A DNA stretch of 63,528 nt, filler included, from Hyphochytrium catenoides (GCA_900088475.1; 5 parts of 5 records of this genome joined end to end with filler, not necessarily neighbours in it); one strand, 5' to 3'. Positions 13,601 to 26,995 are shown, numbered from the whole stretch's first letter. Program-made: numbers and translations. The notes: generated by a model not told the origin, from the sequence alone.

Positions 13601-14423
13601 ACATAGGACACTCGGCCCTTACGAAGTTTGAGTCACTCGGAAGGAAGAAGATAGGACAAAACCTATGGATTACTACTTACCTCTACATTACACAGAGGCA
13701 GAGAATCACTCTTTCTTTTTGCCAAACAAGTATGCTTAATCCCCACGGTCCGGGTGGGGGAGTTAACGACAGTATGTGAAGCCCATGAGGTAATCTCAAA
13801 TTCTACCGCTTATCCACAATCACTCAGGCAGTTTTGAGTTTATGACCATCACTCCCGCGGTTGATCATTCAATCGTCAGCGCCTGATAAAATAGTGAGAA
13901 AGACTCATCATGCGACCTTTCAACGCCCCTACCAAGCAAGGAGACCTTCACTCTGGGTCTGTCCTCCTAGAAGAAGAAGAGAATGTTCACTTGCTCAGAA
14001 GCTGCTTACGTTCTCTCGTTCTTTTCTTGCTTGTGGATGGAACTCCATGTGACTGGTAGGAGCAGCAGCAGCAGCAGCAGCCAGCATAAACCTTATGGCC
14101 CTTACCTTAAACTAGGAAAATGCTTCTGGCAGTGAGGGCCTTGCGCCTTGATCTTTTAAGCCAAACCAAGGAAGAGGCGCTTAACTGCCCTTCGGCTAAG
14201 TAGTGGAGAAAGCAGCCACCACAAGCACCTCCACCATCAGCACAACATTCCTAAACTTGACAGCCAACGCCGAAGAGGGCCAGCGGCAAGGACTACTTTT
14301 TGTCATACACTGGAACAACCTAGAAGTTACTCGCGCACTAAAAGGATAGCAAGGTTTACAAATCCTCTCTTTCTCATAGTTAGACCGAGGTGCCATTTAG
14401 AGACTCCTCCTTCCGAAAGCAAT

Positions 14424-15537
14424 ATGACGACGACGACAACCCAAGTGCAGAGTACGACCGAGGCAGAGCCCAACATGAGCTCCTCCTCATCGTCTCCTTC
14501 CTCGGCCTGCTTACAGGGGCAGGCTGAGGACGGAGAGGGTTCCCCGGGCTTGGAAGATGCCAAGGAGGGCCCCGAAAACATCTCTAGTGGTGGCTGCAGC
14601 AGTGCGTCCGAAAACGGTGGACTCTCATGCCTGGGAGACGATAAGCGATGCCACTCCTCCGCACCAGATTGCCCACAAGAAGCAGGAGTTAAGATCACCA
14701 TCATCTACTCCCACGAGCAGAGTACAGGGGCACCATGGGAAGACCTCTACTCCACATTGTGGGTGGAGCCGTGTGAAGACTCTATCCTTCTGTGGCGAGT
14801 CCAGCTTAGCCCGGCAAAGCAGGAGCTCAGTTTTTCCACCAAGAGCCACCGTCCTGTGTAAGGACTTCACGCTGTACTACGATCTGCAAGGCGCCATTGC
14901 GCTCTTCAGCTTTCTGGATGTCCCTCCCGTATACCAGTATGAGAGTATTTGCAGCTTGAGGAGGCCTGCGGTCACGTACACTTCCATATTTGTCCCTCAC
15001 AACACCAGACGGGAGGCGAGGGTCTCTTTCAGACTGGGAGCAGACGCAGCCAAAATAGCAAAGCTCCCAAACGCCGGTGGAAAAAGCACTGTCTCTGAGG
15101 CCCTGTCGATGGAGTTGTTCAATCGTTCATTGAACGCGCACAGCGTCGTCACTGAGATGGAGGTGGTCTATTGGAGTTCCCATTGGAAGAAGGTTGACTA
15201 CATATGCACTATGTTTGAGCACAGGGTTGGAGTTAGTGTCACAAGGGCTATGAAATACCCAGATCCAAGCCTTTTCACAGACGAGGATGCTCAGCGACTC
15301 CTAAGGAAGAAGCTCTATGGTCTTGTGGTAGCACGCCAAGGAATCGCCGATTGCCAACGCTATGATCGGTCGGTGCTGCACGTCTGGTGTCAAACTGCTC
15401 GCATCGCATTTATGGTTAGGTGTGCCTTCCTGCAGATTGCCTTTGAAATGTCTGTGGAGCCGTTCGTAGCTCTCTATACTACGGTTGCCACACAGGCAAA
15501 CTTTTTGTTCTATGATGATGTCAATGTCCTCGTTTGA
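14424..15537 (+). CDS. AAC4-like protein (uncharacterised family), two exons, intron 14858-14909
   Basis: C-terminal motifs PNAGGKS..SEALSME, TEMEVVY, KVDY, VGVSVTRAMK, FTDEDAQRLLRKKL.G and VLHVW match the Dictyostelium AAC4-like family as I recall it. The two overlapping ORFs (14424-14861 and 14557-15537) are joined by a 52-nt GTAAG...TTCAG intron giving SHRPV-FLDVPP. Confidence 0.75.
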
Positions 15538-16561
15538 TGTGAAGTCTGTACAAGACTGTGATAGTAAACTGTTCATAATCAACGCCACCGTTGATGCATA
15601 GATATTCTGCCCTACTATTCTATCATGGAGATAGGTCTTCGGAGGAAAGGAGCGTTTGGGGCAATTGAAGACTTTTCAGTCATAGCAGAGTCTGGTTGGT
15701 AGATTGACGTTGAGGATGAAGACAGAGCCTGTTGGTAAAGACAGGGTGAGTCTAGCTGTCAATCGTACCCAGGTTGACATAGCCTCATCACTAGATCGCT
15801 CTTTGCCCTAATGCATCTTGAGATCATAACTGAAAGAGGAAGTTGATGCTTTTAGTGCTTGGCTATTGCCACCGCTTCGCTGCTAGCAAAGACATGAGCG
15901 CAAAGACGGATTAGACCAGTTCGGCCCATCAACCGTTCCCTAGCCGCAAAGGACGCCAACTTCTATGATCAGTAAACTAACATTGCACGACAAACGGCAA
16001 GTGAGAAAGTGGCTCGATGTCTCTAGTCTCTAATCCTGAATGGGCCACACGCCACACCTTAACCAGACTTAGGACGAGCGAGCCATGCAGTGCGAACTCC
16101 TTTGAAGTTGCCTATCCTAGAATCTACTACGAACCCGATGAGAAACCTTTGACATCCTCTTTCTTCGCCGCACTTCCGCACTTCCTCAAGATTGGAAACC
16201 TATCGCCCTGGAATTTACCAGTGGAATAATTCCGAGGATGAAATATAGAAGTAGAACATGACGAAGAGGGGCGTTTATTGCACTGAAAGAATTGGCTAAA
16301 ATAACTTTCAAGAGGTGTCCAGGATTACGAGTCCTGCTGCCAATTTCAGAGCTTTCTGCGCTTCTCAAACAGGTTTTATCATTCAGCATCTGCAGATGAA
16401 GCTCAGGTATGGAAGTCATAAGAGACATTACCGTGCTCGTGGTAGCCCCTTCAGCTTAGGGGCAGCAAGCGCACAGTGAGAAATGAGCTAGGTTGAGTGT
16501 AAGAAAGGCTCTAAAGATTGAACACTGAAGCTCCCTCCTTTGGCCGGGCCCGAGAGGAGTG

Positions 16562-17957
16562 ATGGAGGAGAATGCAGATGGTCTAGCTATTGTCTCTGAA
16601 CTGCCACCACCTCCACAGCTCTTTACCCTTTATAAGGATGGACCGGGTACTCTCCAAGATTGCAAAGCCTTGTTTTTTGTCAGAGTGAAGGCTGATGCCG
16701 CCTCATCCACTGTACTGTTTAGATGCAGGCCCTGCACCACCTCCCATTCCAGACGGGACCTATTACATGTTTGGCCTTCCTTACACTCAACAGGTTTGCG
16801 ACAGAACGACTTTCTTGCGTCTCAGGTTAATAGTACTTAGGCTTGATCGCCGCAGCACAATGTTCCTGACCTATTCGAAGGGACACCGGAGAAAAGATTG
16901 TACAGCGCGGAACTGCAGCAGCTTAAGACCCCTAATGATGCCCAGACAGCTTCCACCTTTAGAAATGAACTGAAGCGGTACGAGCGGAAGAGTATAGATG
17001 ACCTGACGAATGGACACGTAGCTGACCCTGCTCTTTCTGTCTTTTTTAGGCTTAACCGTTCTCTCTTAGCAAGCTACTTGCAGCTGGTTGACCTTCTCAT
17101 CAGATCTCCGTCGCATCATCGGTAAGTCTTTCCCCTCACCACTAGGGCCTGGGGAAAACCGTGCGTAAGTTCTCGGAATATCGTTATGTGGCGAGCACTT
17201 CGCACTCCTCCCTCTACCTCATAGAGAGAAGCTAGCATTCTTGCCTTGTCTAATGACGCTCCTTTGTTGTTCTCACCGATGAGAGACTGGCTCCAGTGCT
17301 CTGACGGTCATGGGCTTCTTCTGCACCTACTCTCCTTTCTCCTTCTTTGCTCTCTCTCAGAAAGAAAATTGAAGACCTTGAGCAGCTACTGCTAAACATG
17401 CATAACCTCATCAACTCCTTCAGGCCCCATCAAGTAAGCTAGTTATGTTCTCTATGCGCGCGATTCATAGCTCACATCCTTCTTTAGGCTCGGGAAATGC
17501 TGATAGAGATGCTCAAGTTGCAACTTGACCGGCAAAATGAGGCCATTGCAGAAGTCCACAGGTCTATTAGTTGACTTCTCCTTTTTTGAGTAGAAAGTAA
17601 CGAACTTTTGTCCGTGGTAGAGCCATAGAAGAGAGTAAGCAGACTCTTAGTCAAGCCTATTCAGACCTGACGGAGAAAGTAGAAATCTTAGATCCTGCGG
17701 CTTATGGTCCTAAGCGGATAGCTACCTATCCAAGCCCGAAGAAGCCTGGAAAGAGAAAGGTCTAGCTCCTTATGAGAATTCGTGACGCAACGCTTTCTTA
17801 GTCTTTGGGTATTGCCCTAATCTGCTGCTTCTTTTCCTTACTTTTACAGGACGAAGTTCGTTCTGAAGATAAGAGGCCAAAGCCTGAAAGCATAGCGATG
17901 GTTAAAGAATCAGCTATTGATAGCTTGTTCGGAGAGCTGGATGCTGTCAGCGACTGA
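16562..17957 (+). CDS. MED7: Mediator of RNA polymerase II transcription subunit 7, multi-exon
   Basis: Spliced product contains SELPPPP, PPPIPDGTYYMFG, ELKRLNRSLLASYLQLVDLLI, KIEDLEQLLLNMHNLINSFRPHQAREMLIEML (MED7 signature HxLINxxRPHQARE). GT-AG introns in phase; TGA at 17955-17957. Confidence 0.93.
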
Positions 17958-18717
17958 GAGGAAGATGAACCTCTTTCGTTACTCTCTGCCAAGAACGATA
18001 GACATTTCCCCTCTCTGGGCTTCCCTTCCATTAGTAGAAAAGGGATAACCGTGTTCAAGAAAGTGTCAGTTTTGTCCTTGCTGGTGAATAAGAAGGTTGC
18101 TAAGCGCTAGCTATAAGCTCTAGCAACCGTTCGATCTGTTAGCCCATCAACCGCTTGCGGCGCTCTTCTAGCAGAAGTAGAGAACCTTCTGGTCGGCGCG
18201 CTAGTCAAGGCAGAAACTATGGGTCTGGGCTCTTGGTGGAAGCAGCAAACACGACTGACGTGCAAGCTAATAGCTCGCACAGTCATAATAAGAGATAACG
18301 ACTATTCCAGTTATATAACTTATGGCGAGTGCTAGCGCTAGTAATAAGATGCTCGTTGTGTACATGGTTGCTTCCATAGACCAAGCTCTTGTTCTCCTTC
18401 CTTCAGCTGCGGCGCGGTGCATTTACACTGCCAAACAGCTACGTAGCAGCACAGATGTCCTGCTTGATGTATGCAGAAGGAGATGGATGTAAGCGTGACG
18501 GAACTAGAGTTGATGACAGACACACTCCATACAGAGCAGGCCATAAAATCTAGGATAAATGGCTCTTTTAACTGTATATTGAGAACAGAACTTTACATGA
18601 TTAAGAATACTGAGCTTCTGAAGCGTTGTTTGGCTTTGTTCGTTACATAGCTTTTGATGACTGATGACAACCTCTATGGAGCTTTTCCTTTAGCGATATG
18701 AGAAACAGCAATAAGTG

Positions 18718-18752
<35 letters not shown>

Positions 18753-19191
18753 CAAGAGAGAGAGAGCAAGAGAGAGAGAGCAAGAGAGAGAGACAGACAG
18801 AGAGACAGAGAGAGAGACAGAGCGGAGACAGAGAGAGAGAGAGAGAGAAACAGAGACAGACAAAGGACAGCAAAAGAGAGTCTCTTATTGTCCCTTTCAC
18901 TTCTTCTGCCACAAGGCCGTCTCTCTTTCCCAAGCTCATCTAAGTAAGCTTGCAGTCATGTCCTAGCCCAGGAGCTCTTGAACCAACTCACATCGGCCAG
19001 CTACTGGAGAAGCCATCTAAGTCCAAGAGGAGCATCGGCACGGAGGGCGGCAAGAACACACGGTAGGGAGTCTTGCTGAGAGGTAAAGAGCGGGGTAAGG
19101 ACACCACTCCGTCTTAATCCAAACGGAGAGAATCTGACGGGAGGAGAGTGGGATGCGGTGTCGCTGACCTGCGGGATCAGAACCAACGAAG

Positions 19192-22100
19192 ATGCAAAGT
19201 GAACCCAAGGGCAAGGCCGACTCTGGCCAGCTCTTTGTAGGCTCTAAGCTTCAGGAGACGAGCGACAGACAGACCAATGCAGGCAAAGCGGCAACTAAGC
19301 CGCGGATTGTGTCGGAAGAGGCGGGAGCAGCCTCTTCCTCTTCTCTCTTCTCCGGAGGGGCTTTCTTAAACTTGGATGATATTCACAAGAGAGCAGAAGA
19401 AGCAGCAGCCAAAGGACTACACGGCAAAGCCATGCTCGTCGGTAAGGGAGGCACCTTTGTTTCAGCCGTTCCTCTCGCGTTCTCTTCTCTTATATTCTCC
19501 CTTCTCTCTCTCTCTCTCTCTCGCTCGTTCGCTCTCTCTCTCTCTACGCTCTTTCTGTCTCCCTGTGTTCTGTGCGCTTTCTCTTGTTCTCGCCTCTGTT
19601 CTCGCCCTCTTTACCATCTTTCTCTCTTCTGTCTCTCCTTGCAGACTCTTTCTCTCTCTCTCTTTCTCTCTCTCGCTCTCTTTCTCTCTCTTTCCCTTTT
19701 GTTACGCTAGTTCCCTGATGCAAGCTGATGCCTAGATCCCAAGCCTCTTGACGACAAGAAGAATCTCTTCAAGCTGCCTGTAATGGCAGGAGAAGGAGAG
19801 ATGGACACCAAGCAAAAAGCCCCTCTCTCTTCTCTCTCACGCCCTAGGGCCACCAGCCCTCTTCAGCCAAAGCAGGCCAATCTTCGCTCTCCTGCAAAGA
19901 CACAGAAAGAAGAAGAGAGAGAGAAGGGAGACAAACAAAAGAAGGAGAAAAGAGAGAAAGGAGCGGCGGCCGCAGGAGGAGAGAACGCCTTAAACCATCA
20001 GACAATCCAATGTGAGGACTTAACCTGGCAGTTTGTTGGCAAACAGTCCTTCGTCCTTGAGACTCCCACTGTGAGAGAAGAAATTCTCGCTCTTGAAAGA
20101 TCTTACGCAATGGCGATGGAGACAGTGCTAAGTGCAGGAGAAAGAGGAGCAGGAGAGAAAGGAAATGGGAGCGGTGCACCTGGGCAGAGTAAGGCGAACA
20201 ACGTAGCCAGTAAACAGCCTACCGCCTTCGATGAGGATCTTCATAACTTTCAGGGGAAGGTAAGGGAGACTTTAGCGTTTCTCACTCTCTCCCGGTATCT
20301 CTCCCACTCTCTCTCGCATTCTCTCTTTATACCTCCATTCTTTTTAACGCCTACCGCCCCATCGGTTCTCTCTCTCTCTCTCTCGGCGGGTGTCTTGGAT
20401 CTCTCTCTATGCTTTCTCTTCTCGTCTCATGGTCCTGGCTGACTTCTCTCTGTCCGTCAATCTGTTCTTGGGAACTCATATCTGTATTCTTCCCCTCTGT
20501 CTCCTTCTCTTAACGGGATCTCTTCCTTCGTTTTAAAGGTTCATCAGCGCTATTCAAGCCTCTCCGATGCATTGAAGAAACGCATTGCTCAGGCAATGTA
20601 TGAGCACAAATGGACAGACCTCACACTAGGAGAACTGCAGAATGAGCTTCTCGTCTCCTGTTTGGAGCAGGTAAAATGCTTGTGCTTCCTTCTCTCTCTC
20701 TATATCTCTCTCTATATCTCGTTCTTTGTCTTTGTCTTGGTTTCTATCTATATCTGTCCTTTTCTCTCTCTCTCTTTTCTCTCTTTCTCTGTGCCTCTTC
20801 TGTCGTTTCTCTTTTCGCTTTTCTTCCTCTTCAACCAGCCCACTGATGAAAGTGCCGGACACTTTGGTAGCTCTCATGTCAAGTATGCTACTTCTCACTT
20901 TATTGTCTAGCTTCCTCTCTCTCGGTTTGTCTCTCTCTCCCTCGTCTCTCTCATTTGATTTGCTGATAGTAGTCCGGGTTCTCCTCTCTTTCTTCTCATC
21001 CTGTCTCTCTCTCTCTATTTGTCTTTCTCGCTCTCTCTCTCCAGGGTCGACTGGTCCGACGTCTTCGTCAAGGCTACGCCCAAATGTTTGGTGGCATGCA
21101 AGGATTGGTGGAGGGCCTGGTTGGGGAGCTTTTAGAGGCCCGGGGGAGAGTAAAAGAACTGGAGAAGGAGAGAGAGCGAGGAGAGAAAGATAAGGAGAAA
21201 GAGAGAGAAGAGAGAAGAAAAGAACATGAGGGTCATGTCAGCAGTTTAAAGGCCGAGTGGGAGAAACAGAAGGCAGACTATCTGAAGGCGGAGAAGGATT
21301 ACAACGAACAGGTATGCCCTTCTCTTTCCCCTCTCTCTCTTTGGTTCGTCAGTTTATTAGTTGGAGAGAGAGAGGAAGAAGGGAGGCATTGGGAGAGGAA
21401 GAGAAAGGCATTGGGAGAGGAAGAGAGAGGGAAGGGAGTGGGACAGCAAGGGAGCCGTAGAGAGCAAGAAGAAAGGATAAGTTAAACTAGCGGGAGGGGA
21501 AAGAGTTGGAGAGAAACGTAATAGTAAACCGCCTCTTTGACTCTTTGTTCTAATTCTTCTCTGTCTCTCTTCTCCTCCCTCTCTCTCCCCCTTTCTCTCT
21601 TCTCTCTCTCCTCTCTCTCTTCTTTCTCTCTCTCTCTCGTCTCTCTCTCCCGCTCTCTATGCACTCACTAGCTGGAGTCCATGTCGGAAACCCTGAAGAC
21701 GATGAATGGTGTTTTCCGATCCATAAGTGAGGACAGCGACAAGCTGAGAGCCGCAGACCTTAGAGACGCCTATGCCAAGGTACGCCAGTGAGCGAGACTA
21801 TAGAGATTGAGACAGTGAGGCAGACGAAAGAGACAGGAAAGCAAGGTTGAAAGAGGAACGCATGGCACGGCAGATGAAACTCATAAACGAAGCAATGACA
21901 GTGGAGAGAGATGAACACCAGAGCCAAAAGTTATGTAGGAGGAGACAGACAGACACCATCAATGCATTTCTTCTCATTTCTCTGCATCCTCCTCTCTCTT
22001 TACAGCTACAGAAGATTTTAGAGGAAAAGGAGCTTGAGCTCCTGCAGCTCCGTCCCAAAAAAGATGAGGCTTTGGTCTTGGCCTCTCTCCTGTCTCAAAG

Positions 22101-25100
22101 GGAAAAGGAGCTGAAAGAAGTGCAAGAAAGGCTCCAAAACACTTCGTCAGAGCTGGAGCAGGAGAAGGCGCTAGCTCAGAGCTTGCTGCAGGTAACAGGA
22201 GCCAGGATCAACTAAGAAGAAAAGTGACAGAGTGAATATTTAGACACGCAGGGCGAGAGAGAACAGACACAGAGAGAGGGACAGACAGAGAGAGAGAGAG
22301 GTAATGCAAAGACAGTCAGAAGACAGAAAGAAACAGAGAGACACAGAGAGAGGCAGGGAGGGGATAGGCACTTACCTAGGAAAGAGGAGCGAGGGCAGAG
22401 ACGAAGGGTGACAGCTTGATTGAACAGAGCTCGCACTTCCTTTCTTTCCACGACAGAAAGTCAATGAGTTTGACGCCGCCGAAGAGGTGAAAGCAAAGGA
22501 AAGAGGAATCGAGAACACGACAGGAGTAGAAGGAACAGGGGAAGAGAATGAGGAGAAGAGTGAGAAGGAGAAAGAGGAACAAGAGAAAGCCGCAGCAGCC
22601 ATCATCGAGGTACTTCCTCTCATTTCAACATGTCACGAAAACCACCGTCCGTCAATAGAGTCCACTCTGTGTCCTTTTCCAACGTCTACTTTTCTCCCTC
22701 TCAGTCTCTTCTTCTACGTGCTCTTGAAACCTCTCTCTCTTACGTTCTCTTTTGCTTCTGTCTGGTCTGGCCCTTCCTCTCAAGCTCTGTTCGCAGTAAC
22801 TTAACCTATTTCTCGCAGAAAGCTACATTCGTCCCGCCCCTCTCTTTCTCTTTTGCTGAGGGTCTCTCTAGCTGTCTGTTCGGGGAACACCTCCTTTTCC
22901 TTTCATTGACCAATGACTTTTACTGACTAGAACTTCTCTTGCACAAACTCAACCATTTAGAGCACTGGATCCTCGACTCCCATCATCTGCGTGCGCTGTA
23001 AGAAGGCTCTGGATGCGCTTGGAAACGTGGTGGAGGATCTGGTGCGGAAGAAGAAAACAACGCAGTGCTTGCATTACAGGCTACTTCTGCCAAACCTAGC
23101 AGGTAAGGTTAAACTTTCTCTCTCGTTATGTCCTCCTCGCTCTCACCATTTCCGTTACTCTCTCCCTCCTTTTCTCTTCCCCTCTGTCCTCCTCTCTCTC
23201 TCTATTTCTCTCTCTTCTCCTTCTTACTCATGGCATTATGCCTCTGAGATCAAAAGTCTGTCAAGATCGCCACCCTTACCTTTCACCATGGCGCTGGCCG
23301 GCCGTCGCTTCCACCTCTCATTATTCTCAGTCGTTTCTCTTTCTTTCCTCCCTCCCCTTTTCTCTCTCTCTCTTTGTTCCTGAGACTTAGGCATGGCTCA
23401 CAGTCTTATACCTCTCTATTGGCCCAGGCACTAAGCCCTTGAAGAGCACAGCGTGGACTCTGGGCTGCATGAGAGCCATCCTGCACTCCAAAATGGTAAC
23501 ATTAATAATTCTATTATCACCTCTTTTCCACTTTCCCCTACGCCAAGCTCTCACAACTTTACTTCGCTAGACCTTCCATTGCGTCCTGTGCCATCATTCC
23601 TGGTAACCACTTCAAGGTCTCTTGTGACCTTTGTCCTTTCCATCTTTCTCTCTCTTTCGCTCGTTAACTCTCTCTCTCCTCTCTCTCTTTCTTCTTGCCC
23701 CTCTCTCTCTCTTCTTTCTCTCTCTCTGTGCGCCGCCCGTTTCTCTCTCTCTTTTCTCTCTCTCTCTCTTCTCTTTCTCTCTCTGTTTCCCAATCCCCTC
23801 TCTTCCTTCTCTCTCTCTCCCGATCTCTCCGTGCTCTCTCCTGCTCTCTTTCCCGCCATCCAACATGTTTCCTTTCACAAACCTTCTTGCTTCCTATCAG
23901 TTCTTGGATGCTCCTCAGGTCTCGGGGGTCCACACACAGAGCGCTCCTTCTGTCCTGGTCCGGTTTCCGGAGTACGTCTATGGCTTCTTTTCTCCATCAA
24001 ACGAACAGATCCAGCATCTTGACGTTCAGGAACAAATGCAAAAAGAGAGAAAGGTCAGCACCTCATGCGGTTTCTACTTCTCTCTTCTCTTAATCACTCT
24101 TTTTCCCTATTCCTTGGTCTAGCAAACCTGCTGGCCTCTCTGTTTGTTCTCAAAGGTTTCTACGTGGCTTTCCGCCTCTTCCGAGTTGGCTGTCTTCCCG
24201 TGAGCTCAACTGCCTTCCTAAACTCACTGATGTCCATCCTCCCTCTCTCTCTTCATCACTTTTTCCATCTTTCTTCTTCTTGTTAGGCGGACGAGCTTCG
24301 CTGGTCCCTCTACTACGGGGTGAAACTCTTGGCACAGCACAATGCGGAAGCACGAGTCTTCTACACTCTGCTAGACGAGACCTATGGGGAAGACGATGCT
24401 TTCTTCTATTCTTACTGCCTCAATGTCCTCCGCTCCATAGCAGGGCCTAACATGAACTGGGGCTCTGGACAATACTATGAGAACTATGAGAAGTACGAGG
24501 AAGAGAGAAGTAGCTCGCTTTCTCTACTTGCCCTCCCTAGTGGAGCGGTCGAGCCAGAAAATCTTTGGATTAGGATGACTTACACTCTTGCTGCCACGGA
24601 GACAATCTTGCCCAAGGTAAACAGCCTGAAAGCTGTGTCCTATTCCCTGTCTTTGGGCCCCTTGGCTCAGCCAAAGGAGACAGTTCCATGTCGCTTTCTT
24701 CGTTATCCTTTGGTTCATGCCTCCTATCTCTCCCTTCTGCGCATCGTTCTTGCACTTGGTATTACCAATGGCCAGGTCTCTAATCTTCTACTCTGTCTGT
24801 TCTTCTAGGCTAATCCTCAGGAGAAAGCTGGTATCACGGGCCTGCTGCAGGAGATGGCCATGGAGCTTCGGCAGGTGCTGGGGAGAGTGCCTCCTGAACA
24901 GTTGGCCCTCGGACCGAAAGACAATCCGCAAACTTTGTTTGTTGACGTCCACGACTGGATGAAGCTTGTCTTGCATGTAAGAGACAAACCGTAGGCAGCA
25001 ACAAGTATCGAAAGAGCCTGAGAGAGACTAGTGTGAGAAATTGGGGAGACTATTTGCATCAAATGCAGCCAATATGCAGGCACCTTGCCTGGTGTCTCTC

Positions 25101-25956
25101 ACTCACACACACCTTTCCGGGTCTCTCTAATCTCTACACCTTCTAGGAGTACCGGCAGGAACAAGCCCGAAGAAAGGCCGCTGTTCGACTGATGTTCTCC
25201 ACAGCAGGCAGTGGCATTCTTCTCTCTGACAGTGCAGGAGAGAGATCAGACGACAGACTTAATAACCAGATCAAGCTGGACCCCAATGCAGCGATGGACA
25301 TGGCACAGTTCCGCGCGATGGTGCGCACTTTGAATCGCGATGCCACACCAACGATGGTGGCTGACCTCTTCAGAACTACGTACGAGGTAAGCACCTCGGA
25401 GCGAAGCGCACGACACCCCTTCTCCTCTCTCTCTTTCTCCTTGTACTATCACCTTCCATCTGTCTTCCAATAGATGGGCTGCCGTCATACCTCTCCCTCT
25501 CGAATTTCTATTGATCTCTCTTTATCCCAAGGGCGTTCTCTGGCCTTCTTCCCCCCTTTGCCTTGTTGTCTCCAAAGCCACCTTTCTCCCTTATTCGAGC
25601 CTTCTGCCCCGATTTCTTACATGTCTACATGGAGATCCGGTCTGATGACTTCTATTCTGCAGTTCGGGGAAGGCGTTGTTAACTATGGGGCTTTCATGAA
25701 GGCTGTGCAGTTCCGTCAGTTCTTCTCTTCCTGTCTACGTCTCCCTTACTACTACGGCACCGGTGACTCCTACGAGCTGGGAGGCGTTCATGTGGCACGA
25801 CTGGGATCCATTGTGAACAAGAACTTCACGCTTTTCAATGTCAGGGTTTCTTGTCTCTCTAACGCTCTTCCCTGTCTCTCACTCTCTCCAACCCACTCCT
25901 CTCATTGTCTTCCTCTTCCGCTCCTCCTTCCTCTCTTCCTTCACGTGTCTTTAGCC

Positions 25957-26002
<46 letters not shown>

Positions 26003-26767
26003 CTCGTCCGCTCTCCCTTTTCTACCACTTTCTATACGGATCACACCTTGCACTGGCAAAAGAAGATTTCACTGTGATGGTGCTCCCGGTGTTTGACCTT
26101 ACTCTTTTTAATATTTTCCCTACCGCTGGCACGGTCAGCTTCCTATCCATCTCTCTCTCTCTCCTGCCACTCAACGGTTTCTTCTTTCTCCGTTTTCTTT
26201 TCTGCTTAGAGTGCGATTATCAACATGATCAACGACCTTCCCGTGGATGTGCGAATCCAAGCGAACAAACTCTATGTGGAACTTGTTAAGGAGCTCGGCC
26301 GCCCCTCTAATGAAGAAGGAGGAGCCAAGGCTGTGGACATAGATGGAAGAAGGCCGCTGTCCCTCTATAGAAGATTGCTGGCAAGTTAACTTAGCGGACA
26401 GAACCGTTAACCAACTTTTTGCAGCTGTATTATGGCTGTGTACGCCGGTTCTCGTCTGGGTTGAGCAACTTTATTATGGCTGTCTGCTCCCCTTCTCGTC
26501 GCTCTCTTTCTAGACGTCGGCAACTATAATCACTCTTCTCTGTGGCGTGAGTGTATATCTCACTCTCTTCGCTCTCTCGCTTTCTCTGTGACTCTACAGA
26601 CGTTCCTTCTTCACTTCCAGTTGACCGGTAGGGAACAAAAAGGAAGAGGAGGAGGAGAAGGTTTTCCACGAGCACGGACCCCACATGGACTTCTGAGGAT
26701 GATAGAATGCGAATTAGAAGGGCTGCAGGATGCAGTCAAGCCAGCGTTCAACTCTACTAGGGGAGAG
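19192..26767 (+). CDS. Large multi-exon coiled-coil protein with an axonemal-dynein-light-chain-like segment and degenerate EF-hand-like C-terminus (3' end probably in or after the gap at 26896)
   Basis: Exons whose junctions I checked join in phase, e.g. ELQNELLVSCLEQ|GRLVRRLRQGYAQMF. Further exons encode coiled coil, ADELRWSLYYGVKLLAQHNAEARVFYTLLDETYGEDDAFFY, and MDMAQFRAMVRTLN...VADLFRTTYE|FGEGVVNYGAFMKAV. Start codon and family are uncertain. Confidence 0.65.
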
Positions 26768-26895
26768 TAAGCGTCCCCTCTTTCTCTCCCTTTTCTCTTC
26801 GCTATCTCCATCACTGGCTCTGAACTTTCTCTCCCAAAAAAGTTCTTTTCCTGATTATTGATTGAATGTACTCTCTCTCTCTCTCTCTCTCTCTC

Positions 26896-26995
26896 NNNNN
26901 NNNNNNNNNNNNNNNNNNNNNNNNNNNNNNNNNNNNNNNTTAATTAATTAANNNNNNNNNNNNNNNNNNNNNNNNNNNNNNNNNNNNNNNNNNNN
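26896..26995. other. Assembly gap with artificial six-frame-stop linker TTAATTAATTAA (26940-26951)
   Basis: 100-bp N block with a central palindromic linker. Confidence 0.97.

Noticed and set aside
14850-14870. Antizyme-style programmed +1 frameshift at GTG TAA G
   Set aside because: A strong GTAAG donor and a TTCAG acceptor 52 nt later restore the frame, with an intron size in line with this region; splicing is the simpler explanation.
18160-18195. Heat-shock element (aGAAccTTCt)
   Set aside because: Only two clean inverted pentamers, which is expected by chance.
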